Assembly: GCF_037042905.1 (NCBI RefSeq)
Contig: NC_087245.1
Location: forward strand, 22,074,001 to 22,138,000
Direction of reading: 5' to 3'
From: Lytechinus pictus
Taxonomy: Eukaryota
Length of the DNA stretch: 64,000 nucleotides
Within the stretch, counting starts at the first letter, position 1. Each line of letters starts with the position of its first letter. Below the pieces are notes generated by a model, which saw only the letters and a list, made by a program, of their open reading frames with translations, had not been told where the DNA came from and ran no database searches. Shown here in pieces: positions 52,089 to 64,000 of the stretch. The position numbers were made by a program, and so were the translations under genes.

Positions 52089-53221
52089 ATTTTTTCTGAC
52101 TTATGATTTTCATTACAGATCGTGCATGCGATCTTAAACAAATAGGAATAATGCCGAAAAAATTGTTCAATAATTATTATTACCTCCTATTAAAGCCCCT
52201 TTATTTACATATAATTATTGTTATGCTAGTTTGCACTCTAAACTTGCCCACCCAAATATTTTTGACATACTGTGTGCATTGCATGCGCCCTCATCAGTTA
52301 CCTACCCGCCAGTGCAAAACAGCATATAATTCACTTCATTCTTGGTTATTGTCAGATACTGCACATACAAAAGTGCAGCATCATACTGTAATGGCAACAG
52401 CATCATAATTGGGATGTCCAAACTTCCAAGATGATTTTCTGTACAACTGGACGATCTCGCCGAGAAACCAATGAATTTCAACAATTTCTCCTTTTGATAC
52501 TTAACACATGACAGGCTGAGAATCCATGATGACTTCTTTCATCCACTTCTCAACTTTGGGGAATTCCCCTTATCAATTTCGGGCCCCCCCCCCCCCCAAT
52601 CTTTCTATGTGTATATTGTACATGTTTGGCTGATGACAGCTTAAACTTTTTTAGTTATTTGGCATTTTAGTATGAGTACTATTATTAAACTAGATTTGAG
52701 TGCAGGCACTTTTTATTTACCCTTAATTTATTACACAATATTTCATTATGTTGATAAATTTATATTATTTTAAATACTGTTTGATTTTACATATGATGAT
52801 ATGAAACATATTCTGTACATTTATTTATAATAATGATCATCCCATAACCTCTATTATTCGCCTTCTCTGTTTGAAAGTTTAAAGTCATATTATATTGTGA
52901 ATACCATTTGTAGGAACAAAGATTTTATTTCCACATACATGTATCTCTATAGATGCATCATTTGAATCTGAAGTACCATTTTTCCACTAATGCTATATTC
53001 ACTACTGCATGATTACTCTAATGAACCCTATGATTTAAATATTATGCACATACATCGTCAGATCAAGGATCCTTTACAAAAGTTACTATTATTGTAACTT
53101 TCCATCTGATGGTGACTTCTGTGGATTTCTTGATTTGATTGGCTATTGAATATTGTTACCACGGTAGTTACTTTTTTCAAGGCAGTTATCAGTACATTAA
53201 ATTTTTTGAACAGGGATCTGG

Positions 53222-53383
53222 TGGGTGTTTCATAAAGCTGTCCGTAAGTTAAGAGCATTTTTAGGAACGACTGGTGATCCTTGTGGTAAATGGTATGTTC
53301 ATTGGCGATGGTTTAGCGCGTAAAAAAGGATCACCAGTCGTTCTTAAAGTCGCTCTTACGAACAGCTTTATTAAACTGCCCCG
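53222..53383. mobile_element. Short Harbinger-like MITE
   Basis: GGGTGTTTCATAAAGCTGTCCGTAAG ... CTTACGAACAGCTTTATTAAACTGCCC. Confidence 0.65.
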
Positions 53384-53681
53384 TTATGATTATGACAGCA
53401 GCAATAATTTGGTAATGAAAGGGAGTTGAAATAGTTTGTGCATTTAACTTAGTTTTCTAATGTTTTGTATGTTTTTTGTTAACCAAAAGTAGCAATTTCT
53501 TTGATGATTGAACTTTTTCTATGTGTAGAATGCACCAGACAGACTTACTTTTAGAAAAATAATATGTAATTCATGATATAACATACCTGTATTACAATTT
53601 ACATCCTTCAGATTTTTTTATCCCATTAATAGACCAGTTCATAGTTAATTCAGGTCAAAAATAATCTTCAATCCATGGATA

Positions 53682-53931
53682 CAAATTACATATAGAAATA
53701 AATCGGATCATCTGCACTTTATACTGGTTTGAAACGGAGAACAGTTTCACGTCCGATCCGAACACTTCTTCAGCTCGTCTGAACTAGCGGGAAATTGTTG
53801 TTGCCACTTGGCGGCGATGCTCAATTGATGTTATTGTCTTCAAACCAGTAAGTCCAGATGATCAAATTTATTTCTACCGGTATTCGTATTTTGTATTTCA
53901 TCCTGGATGAATCACAACATACATCAGTTTA
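53682..53931. mobile_element. Short Penelope-like (Poseidon-type pLTR) insertion with inverted arms and 14-bp TSD
   Basis: TCAATCCATGGATA at 53668-53681 and 53932-53945. The arm TTCAAACCAGTA..GT.CAGATGATC..ATTTATTTCTA is present in both orientations. The 3' end CCTGGATGAATCACAACATACATCAG resembles Poseidon-type PLE ends. Confidence 0.7.
53737..53776 (-). ncRNA. Minimal hammerhead ribozyme motif
   Basis: Minus strand GAG-CTGAAGA-A-GTGTTC(ggatc)GGACGT-GAAA-CTG-TT-CTC: canonical CUGANGA and GAAA boxes, G-U-rich stem II, stem I GAG/CTC. Confidence 0.65.
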
Positions 53932-55600
53932 TCAATCCATGGATATTTCAAAACATGAAGTGCAAAACTTTAACAGAGCAGTCTCTAATAAAGTCACATA
54001 GGTGTCTGATGAATAGCTTTTAATTCCCTTTTGAAAATTGAAATGCCTCTACCTTCATATTAAAGATTGTCCCATTGCAGAAAGAATTGTGTTAAGACGC
54101 AACTCAAAAAATCAAACACAAATCATAAATAAGTGTTTATGATTGGCTCAAAACCAAGTTGCATTTGACTACAACTTTCTGCAACGGGCTTGTGGGGACA
54201 GGCTCATGGTAATATCCAATGTATACATGCTCATTTCAGCTTTGGGCACCAAGAGATTAGCCATTCAACTCGCCAGCTTTTCATAATCAATGAGAATTGA
54301 TGCTCGGAATAAAACTTGCATGAATCATGTGCTGCTATGTTAGGTTATCCTCAAAGAGTTTCAAGTCTGGGTTTTAGATTACGACTTGAAATTACCTTTT
54401 TCCATGTTTCTTTACATGTTCATAATTTGTCTATGAACTGGCTTATAGGCTCACTTGCACTATGTAGGCACAATCTCCACTCCCTGGGGAGTGTTCCAAC
54501 TTGCCAAGTCCATTTGTAAAAAGTTTACTTTCTCATCATTTAGAGTCTTTGTTTGTGGTTACTTTGTGTGGTTGACTTTGCATCATGACATAATTTTCAT
54601 GCATATAAGAACAAATTATCTTCATGTATATTAGAAGTATATGTTACACAAATATATATTTATATTGATTTTTGTACACGTTCCACCGTTTCCATGGAAA
54701 CTACATAAGAATGTTAGATGGTATCTAGTGCAGTGTCGAGATAAAGGGTGTAGATCTTTGTAATGGGGAAAGATGTATGCTGTAGATTTGAATACTGTAT
54801 GTGTGGGAAATGTAGAATTGAAGCTGCATTTCACATGGGTAATAAAGGTATTGAACAGAAAAATATTTTGAGTTGCATTTTTTTTATTTATTAAAAGCCC
54901 CTATTCCATTTCCTCCCTCTGCACACAAATTCATTGGCCCATATTCTGAACTTTGGTTTCATTCAAACTCTGGTCTAAAGTTGTGGTTTAACCATGGACA
55001 GACATTTGTGATGGGTACATGTATCTCCTAACAGAAGAAGATCATTTTGTCAGCTCATTAGGTGCTCATTGCATACATAACTGTTTGGGAAAGATAATGA
55101 AAATTTGTTTTACTAAGTTAAACCAGACTACAGATTAAGGGCCATAGACACCACCAAATATACTTGTCTGGGAGAAGGGGGCTTTTTGATGAATTAAGCT
55201 ATGCAAAAATTTTATGCATGACATTACAAACATGAATTCCTTTGGAAGCGCATAGAGTGATATGCGCTATACAAGAACTGTTTATTATTATTATCATTAT
55301 TATGAACATGTTCTTGTGCTGACTTTTATTCTCAATTTATTTGAGTTGCATCAGCTACAGTTGACAGAGGATCTCTGTATATTTAAATTATTTTTGTTCA
55401 TAAGCATTTTCATGTAAAGTTTTTTAATTGTCAAAATTTTGATTGGACATTTTAGGTCCACTTTGTTAAAATAGAAAATTTGGGGTATATCTTTGAGTAC
55501 AAGAACATGTGGAGGTTGTTTGTAAAGGTATTTGTAACCCGAGCTTCATGGAACAGCCCTTGGCGAGATAGACTTTGTTTCAAATAAAAAAACACATAAT

Positions 55601-58600
55601 AAAGCAAGGTTTCCACTTTGGCGAGTTAACATCGCGAGTTATGGCGAGTTATAGCGAGTTGCCAAAATGAGGTACTCGCGATAACTCGCATAAAGCTCAC
55701 CATGAAACTCGGGATAACTCGCGACAACTCGGCATGGCTCGGCGGAGCTCGTTCAAGCTCGGGACAACTCTCCTTGAAGTCGTGAGCAGTTTCAAAATTT
55801 TTGAACATGTTCAAAAAATTTGCTAACTCGCTGTAACTCGTGCTGAACTCACCTAAACTCGTTATATACTCTCAGTACTCGCAATAACTCGTAAGAAGCT
55901 CGAGATAAACTCGCAATAACTCGTAATAACTCGCCACATCTGAGTATACGCGAGTGCGTTCCGAGTTTTCAAGAGCGAGATACGAGCATTGCGATCGTTT
56001 TACGAGTCAAGTGGAGGTGCCCACGAGATTAGCGTGACTTTAGATCGAGCACCCCGAGTTACAGCGAGTTTCGTATGAGTTTATTCCGAGTGCGTTGCAA
56101 GTGCTCAGAGGCATGCCAGCTGAATGATAAATGTCCAGTGATCTATATTTTCCCCACATATAAACCCCTCAAAACCCCTCCAAAATTTACACATTGCATT
56201 GTGACATCATTTAAAAGGTCATTCAATTTTCTTTAAAATGCTACAATGCTTGTTATGATCATGCCATCACGAAAGAGCAGGATTCAAAAGTGCTGGATGA
56301 AGTCTGAATTGAAAAGCTGCAAAACGAGCAAAAAAGTTTGGAAATCTGAGTTTGGCCATTAATTTCTCCCGACTCCAAATTTTACACAATGCATATTTGA
56401 TATCTTTCAAAAGATCATTTGATTCTCTTTAAAATGATCACATGCTTGTTATGATCATGCCATCAAAAAAGAGCAAAATTGAAAAGTGTTGGATGAAGTC
56501 TGAAGTGAAAAGCTGCAAAACGAGCAGAAATAATCATGAAGGGTATACAGAACATGATTGTTTTGTCTGAGTCAATAAAGATGAAAATCCATTCAAATCA
56601 AACCCCTGCTTTTTCATTTTATAATGTTTTGTTGTGGTTTATGTTTGTTTGTTGTGTGTTTGCTTGTGGAGAGGTCTGTATGATTCCATTTGAATGTTGA
56701 TGTTAAGGTGCATGAAAACAATTGCTGAGAATCTCACTCATCATCATGGAAGAAAAAAAAACAGTGACTTTCAATATTGTGTCATTTTGCAACTTTTGAA
56801 TTTTGATCTTGCCCCACATTCCACATTTCAAGGCACTGCACCTCCATGTGAGCCAAAATCATATCATGGAAAGTATCATTTTAAAGAAAATAAAATGATC
56901 TATTCATTGATATTAATTTAACATTGATATTTACTAAAACCGAGGCGGGATTTTCGATCAAACTCAAAAGAAACCGCTTAAAAAACTCTTTCATCACCAC
57001 GGAAAAAGGAACAGTGACTTTCAATATTGTGTCACTATGCAACTTAATTGTGAATTTTGACCTTGCCCCACATTTCACGGCACTGCACCTCCATGTGAAC
57101 CATAATCATATCATATAGGGTATCATTTTAAAGAAAGTTAAATGATCTATTCATTGATATTAATAACCATTGATATTTACTAAAACCGAGGAGGGAGTTT
57201 TGATTAAAGTCGGATTTCCAAACTTTTTTTGAGGAGTTTATTTTAAAGTGAGAGCACATTTTAACTGACCCACGCAATGTACACGTACTTTTAAAAAGGC
57301 TGTTGCCACTGCATTATAACAACTTTCAAGAAATAAGGAGAGAAATATGCCTCGATCCAAAAGATCCAAGAGTTGTGGCCATTCAGGTAGGGAAACAGCG
57401 AAAGAAGATGACATTCAAACAAGGGTAGAAGAAGTGCAGGAAGAGACAACTGAAACGGAAGAGGAGGTCAATGACGAGCAGAGCCAAGGTAAAAGAACAA
57501 GACATCAAACTAGACAAGGTCCAAGTGGAGCGCCTCTGGCAGTCTAACCTGCATCACGCTATCCAATATAGTAGCAGTGCTGACTTTGAAAACTACTATA
57601 AAATAATTATTCACAAAAACACCATTCATACAATGATACAATACTACGTTCATTGACAATAAATGACATTTGACCTTGATCATGTGACCTAAGACTTGTC
57701 AGTGATACTTGATTACCCCTATATCCACATTTTATAAACTGTATCTAAACTTTGAAAGTTATGACAGCAATAAAGTATTAATCTCCAAAATGGCCAAAGT
57801 TCAATAACCTTAAATGACCTTTGACTTTGGTCATGTGACCTGAAACTGACATGAGATTTTCGGTGTTACTTGACTACTCTAATATCAAAGTTGATGAATC
57901 ATATCCATAAGCTTTCAAAGTTATGATGGTAATTCAACAAAACCCCCAACATGGCCAAAGTTCATTGACCTTAAATGACCTTTTACCTTCGTCATGTGAC
58001 CTGAAACTCGCACAGGATGTTCAGTAATATTTGATTACTCTTATATCCAAGTTTCATGAATCAGATCTATAAACTTTCAAAGTTATGCTGGTAATTCAAC
58101 AGATCACCCGAACATCACTAATGTTCATTGACCTTTGACATTGGACATGTGACCTGAAACTCGCACAGGATGTTTAGTGATACCTGATTACTATTATGTT
58201 CAAGTTTCATGAATCAGATTCATAAACTTTCAAAGTTATAATGTTAATTTAACAAATACCCCAATCGGCCAAAGTCCATTGACCCTAATTGACCTTTGAC
58301 CTTAGCCATGTGACTTGAAACTCAAGCAGGATGTTTATATACTTTAATAACCTTATGTCCACATTTCATGAACTAGGTTCATATATTTTCTAAGTTATGA
58401 TGACATTTCAAAAACTTAACCGTAGGTTAAGATTTTGATGTTGATTCCCTAAACATGGTCTAAGTTCATTGACCATAAATGACCTCTGACCTTAGTCTTG
58501 TGACCTGAAACTCAAGAAAGATGTTTAGTAATGCTTGATAAACCTTATGGTCAAGTTTCATGAACTAGGTCCATATACTTTCTAAGTTATGATGCCATTT

Positions 58601-58982
58601 CAAAAACTTAACCTTCGGTTAAGATTTGGTGTTGACGCCGCCGCCGGCATCCATCTTTGAGTGCCAAAAATGTGCATATCCCGCCCCTTGGTCGTATGAA
58701 ACTCTTATCACTCGTAACAAAATCTTTATAACTCGTTCATAGCTCGCTTTAAGTCGTATAAAGGTCACCGCAACTCGTACTAAGCTCGGCCTGACTCGTT
58801 TCGCGCTCGGTTCACTCGTACAGCGAGCGTAGTGAACTCGATGTTAAGTCTTTTGTCACTGAAGCAAATTCCAGGAAAAAATGTAAATTTCGCGCGAGCT
58901 TGTGCGAGCTAAGGCGAGTTAGAGCTCGCGCAGCTCGCGTATGACTCGCAACTCCAACTCGCCAAAGTGGAAACCTTGCTTT
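55601..58982. mobile_element. 3.4-kb non-autonomous DNA transposon (Harbinger-like) with AACTCG subterminal arrays and nested repeats
   Basis: Perfect 27-bp TIR AAAGCAAGGTTTCCACTTTGGCGAGTT. Dense AACTCG/CGAGTT repeats at about 55620-56100 and 58700-58960. No clean TSD. Confidence 0.85.
57510..58647. repeat. Interspersed element with internal ~155-190-bp tandem units (TGACCTTTGACC..GTCATGTGACCTGAAACT), possibly Helentron-associated (HINE/DINE-like)
   Basis: Unit motif at about 57831, 57991, 58144, 58305 and 58496. Starts CAAGTGGAGCGCCTCTGGCAGTCT and ends GACGCCGCCGCC. Confidence 0.65.
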
Positions 58983-59481
58983 TTAAGATAGGCAATCAGT
59001 TGCATGTTGCGTAGGTTCAATAATCACAAAAATATTGTTCTCTGTGAGGTATTTTTTTTTAGGGTTTAGGGGTGGTTTCTGCGGTGCAACAGGTCTAATA
59101 TTTTCAGGGGGCCAGACATGGCGTAAATGACATGATTTATAAAAGCTGCGAATGAGCAAACAAAAATTTCTACATCTTTATTTACAAAAATCTTATTCTG
59201 TGATAGATTTTGACACATTAATAAAAATATATCAATTCTTTTCCTTCTCTTACTTTCTTCCTTCTTTCTTGGTTATGAAACCTATTATTGGTCATGATAA
59301 CGCATGCCATTCCACCAAATGAAATATTTGGGGGATATATCCCCCCCCCCCCCCGATAGACACCCATGCTCTTAATGTATCTTTGCCACACACAAACTCA
59401 TCTTAAATAACATTTTACTATTCAGTCCTACTACTCTAAACCACACTCGACTCTTGAACCATGATCCATCTTTTAGCTTAA

Positions 59482-60012
59482 AAGACAAGTCCACCCCAAC
59501 AAATGTTGATTTGAATAAACAAGAGAAAAATCAAATAAGCATAACACTGAAAATTTCATCAAAATCAGATGTATAATAATAAATTCATGAAATGTCAAAG
59601 TTTAACTTAATTTCACAAGATAGTTATATTCACATCCTGTTTGGTGTGCAAATGAGGGGTTTGATGACATCACCCACTTACTATTTCTTTTGTATTTCAT
59701 AATATGAAATATTTTAATTTTCTCATTTTCATGAGTAACAAAGTTTTGTTCCTCCCTGAACATGTGAAATTACTGACCATTGTTTTAACATTTCATGGTT
59801 CAGTCAAGTTAGTCAAAAACAAAAGAAATAGTGAATTGACGGACATCATTGACTCTCATCACTGAGTTTTTGCATAATAATTGTTTTGTGATAAATAAGG
59901 TAAACTAAAACGGCATTACTTTTACAGCCAACTTTGATGATATATTCAGCATTATGCTTGTTTGATTTTTCTTTATTGATTCAAATCAACATTTACTGGG
60001 TAGATTTGACCT
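59482..60012. mobile_element. Kolobok-like non-autonomous element (family of 7867-8384)
   Basis: TTAA|AAGACAAGTCCACCCCAAC ... TGGGTAGATTTGACCT|GTAA. Confidence 0.65.
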
Positions 60013-61501
60013 GTAATGATGAACTCTCTACCATGATCAACAAAAAAATCATCTGCATATAATTTTTCAAATCATCCAACCATTTTCAAAATCTCAATCC
60101 CATACATTTTACTTTCTTTCTGTCTTTGCTTAATACTTCATCCTCCTTGAACGAAATCAATATAATCAGATGACAAGTTGGTGACCAAGCCAAACAGCAC
60201 TCCACAAGCTACAACATTGAGAAAGGGGTGTGTCCTGCGGGGGGGATTCCTGCCCCAGATTATGTGCCATCTAAAATGACATGACAGCCAGATAAACACG
60301 ACTACATGGTTTTATGCAGTGGTGTAACGAACCCAAAATTTTGAGGGCCGGGGCAGGCCAGATATGACATATTGAGTCACATTTAAAAAAGATGCGAGCA
60401 AATATATCAACATTTCTAATACAAAACTCCACTTGGGTGATAGATTTTAACAAAATATTCAGAAAATAATATCATATTTCACTCTCTTTTTTTCTTGGTC
60501 AATAATTTTTTTTGGGGGGTGGGGGCCCCACCAAGCCCCCCCCCCCCCTGTATGCCACTGGTTCTGTGAATGGTTATCCAGATATAAACCATTTAAGAAT
60601 CATACAAAATAATTTAGAACCTACAGTGTATGTCATATTCCTTTCATATACTGTTCTACATGTAGGTAACATTCCATAGATATAAAGTCTCATGAAATAC
60701 TGACAAACTGAGTTTTCTCAATTAGGATTTAGCCAAATATTATTTGAGTTGCTTATAAAGAATCATACATTCACTATAATATTCAAATATCCTTAAATCA
60801 TTGTTTCAATAGCATACATGTCATTTATTTCTGTTACTTTCAATAACCTACAAAAGCTCCAAAGTCAACTCACCAGTGGTGCTGAATTACAACTATTTTA
60901 AACAACAGAAGGATACTTAGTCACAGACGTGTTCTTCTGCTCTCAAACTTGAGAACCTTCGATGATACAAAACTAGAGAAATGATGAAGAAATAGATCTG
61001 ATAAATCTGCTGAGGACAACCAATACCCATGAATGGTATGTCCTTCAAGCTGGTAGGGTGTGTCTCCCTCAAGTGCACTTTTCTACATGTTCAGTGGGAG
61101 CAAAATGGTCAAGCTTAATTTGCATATATTTGCACCTGAAAACTCCCAAACACAAAAGCCTCTCTTGGGCTGAATAAAATAAGGCATGCATTCGAATTAG
61201 ACCTGGCCATTAGACTATAGACAAGGCCTCTTTCACAGAAGAAAATCAAACCTCATTCTCCAACACAATCACCTTTCACCATCATTCACCACCAATGGCA
61301 CATACCTCAAGCTCTTGAAATAGCCCTTGTTTGCAAAAAAGAAAAATTATGACAGAATCCTCCCCAACCCCATAAACAAATTACTTGTAAAAAGTGGTAT
61401 TCTACATGTAGGTATCCAGAATTTGAAAGGGAGTTATTAAGGACAGAGGAGGCGATTGACAGATGTACCAAAGGCCAGCCTGGTTGTCATTCACTTTATA
61501 C

Positions 61502-61982
61502 AGGGGCAAATGTCTTCACGCTGACGAAGTTTGTTGTAAAAATAAAAGAAAAAATAATGAAAAATATTGGTGAAGATTTGAGGAAAATTCATTAAAGGTT
61601 AATAAAGTTATTAGAATATAAAGTCTTTTATGGCGTCATATACAAGCAGCTGCCCCATATGTTATGTCCTATAAAATGCATAAATTTCAATTTTTAAAGG
61701 TTGTCTTCTTTCAGGAGCGGATGTAAAATAATTTGTTGATAAACTGAAGGTTTAAAATAGAAACATTTTCATTTTTTTGAGAAAATGACATTTCATTACT
61801 TTTTTTAATTTACGATACGTTGGGAGCTGGTTGCATAGGACGTCACAAATTTTTAAAAAAAATCAAATTCTAATAACTTTTTAAATCTTTGATGGATTTT
61901 CCTCAAATTTTCACCAATATTTTTCATTATTTTTTTCTGATATTTTTACAATAAACTTCTTTTTTTCAGGGTGAACTTCCCC
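61502..61982. mobile_element. Degenerate palindromic TTAA-ended element (partial relative at about 14972-15300)
   Basis: Inverted arms AAAATATTGGTGAAGATTTGAGGAAAAT / ATTTTCCTCAAATTTTCACCAATATTTT. Right end GGGTGAACTTCCCC|TTAA. Confidence 0.6.
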
Positions 61983-64000
61983 TTAATAATCTACCATTCT
62001 TTCTAGTGACTTCCTAAATTGCTTCCCAGTGGCAGATCTAAGATTTCTTAAGGCCCATAAATAAAATGATATTTTTTCCCAAAAATCTGACATGCAACAT
62101 CAAATAAATGAAATATCTTGTATGTTAAATATTTCAATGACCTGCCCCACCCCCCCCCCCCCACTTCCTGGGTTCTATACTGCCATAGCCCGCCTACTGT
62201 GTGGCAAGCACTTTTTTTCCTTTTGTCCTTTTCACAAAATATCCAACATCATTTACCTTCCAAGTTAGCACACTTCAATACCAAGAAAATGGGAATGGGT
62301 GACCTTTGAATTTATTGAACTTTTTTTAAGATGAAGAAATATTCTGAATGTAAGATTTATCTGCAGGAGAGAATATCCCAACATAGTTGAGAAAATTTTA
62401 TTAAATTTGGCTTTTTGCAATTTAAAACAAAATAAATTATTTATCTGGTCATGTAGGTTTGATTAAAATGTTAGTCTACCTATCCATGGCCTCTGATACT
62501 CCCCCCCCCCCCCTTAGCTCTCTCCCAACTTCCCCCCCTCTCTCTCTCCCAACTTTTTCTGCCTGTCTCTATCTTTCCATCTCTCAATATCCTCTCTCTA
62601 TCTTGTTTACTTCTGTCAAATGATATCTTATTGCTGCAATTTTTGCACTTGAGTTTACAATTTCAATACCGGTATCCATAAATAAATTCCAGTTTCAAAA
62701 AGACATGCCTAAAAGACCCAAACAAATAAAATAAAATAGAAAAGTAAAAGAGAATTAAAAAAAAATCACTTTCACAATGGATAGGCACATAAAATTTCAA
62801 TATGATAGTAAATTCTATTTTAATATCACTTCAATAGTATGTTTCAAACACATTTTGAAATTCCCCTTTGCTGATATAAGTTGTGTATACAAGCTGCATG
62901 ACAAGTTGTAACAATTTGTAATGCTCAGATTCATACAGATTAGAAATGTTTTCAGAGACATTTTGAAATCATTCCATGTTGATTGTTCCTGTAGATTCAT
63001 ATTCTGGCCCACGTTCAGCTATGCATGCTTTCAACATTATAAACTTCCAGAGTTATTGCCTATTAGAGGTACATGTATGTCTAGTGAAGACTGGCAAAGA
63101 ATTAAATACATGTCGACATCTCTGAAGCATTGAATATCGTAACGTCCATGGTATTCACCCATTTCATAAAACCCACAAAGGGATACATCTCAAACAGAGT
63201 ATGACAAATCACATGGGTGTACAGATTCTATAATAACTGTCAATAGATTTGACTTCCACGATAAGAAACCACATCTAAATATATGATAGAGATATTAGGT
63301 TGTAATTTTCTGGCGAGTGATATTGATATCAATAACTTGTGGACGATGACTTTGCTCTCATAACACAAGTAGTATTATTTTGTGAAAAAATATGTCTGAA
63401 AATATGACCAGATTCGAAGATAAATGTAATTGGAAGATTTGAGGAGAAACCACAACTATGGTATGTTTGATACATCGTGAGACAACTGGTTATTTCTTCT
63501 ACTCAAACCACATGTAATTTAAATCAACAGAACGCAGCTATGGCTATCAGATTGTAATTTCTGGACTGTACTGTATTGATACCTAGTGCAAAATGACTTG
63601 GCTCTCACAACAGAAATTAAGGTCATTATATGAAATCATAAGAAGTATCGTTGATGATCAATATATTGGGCTGAGAGGATGAACAACATTTTGAAAAGTA
63701 CATATTTCCAATGTGGATGGCTTTCAGAGAAGGATGATAGTTATACAGATTCAAGAATATATCAATGAGGACCTGCTTTGACATCGCTTCAAATAAGAAG
63801 ATCACAGGCAAACAGAGCTCCATTTTTCTGAAATCCTTCTCGATACCCGGCTCGATACATCCCATGCAGCTTGCAAAAAATCACAGTTCAGGCAGATAAA
63901 GACTTTGATGTAGAGTTGATATCGACGATGTCCTTCTCTAAATTAAAAGACAAAAACAAAGCAGCTCTTATCAATGGTGTCCATGGCCATCATCTTTGGA

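Noticed and set aside
63240..64000. Coding-like composition at the window end (ORF 63626..63865)
   Set aside because: The frames I translated contain stops and no recognisable domain. It could be a UTR or decayed sequence of a neighbouring gene, but it cannot be called.

Overview
AT-rich eukaryotic genomic DNA, most likely a marine invertebrate; a sea urchin or other echinoderm is inferred from the repeat families and is not proven. The window holds one complete multi-exon gene on the + strand, a hyccin/FAM126 (HYCC1/2) homologue: 10 coding exons at 6246-48417, all GT-AG and phase-consistent, about 534 aa. The ORF track mostly misses it. Introns and flanks are packed with transposon material: a 5'-truncated Neptune-type Penelope-like element (GIY-YIG ORF plus a hammerhead ribozyme motif) inside a ~420-bp tandem array, a second short hammerhead-carrying Penelope-like insertion with a 14-bp TSD, an ~8-kb TTAA-flanked Kolobok-like element with CpG-rich cargo, a CR1/L2-type LINE fragment, a tRNA-derived SINE and many nested MITEs. 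The most notable signals are the two hammerhead motifs, probable P-element-type excision footprints (TIR stubs between 7-bp TSDs), a window-wide excess of TA-NN-NN-TA palindromes that fit Tc1/mariner-type excision footprints, and a tRNA-like gene with a GGC anticodon. All calls were made by eye; no searches were run.
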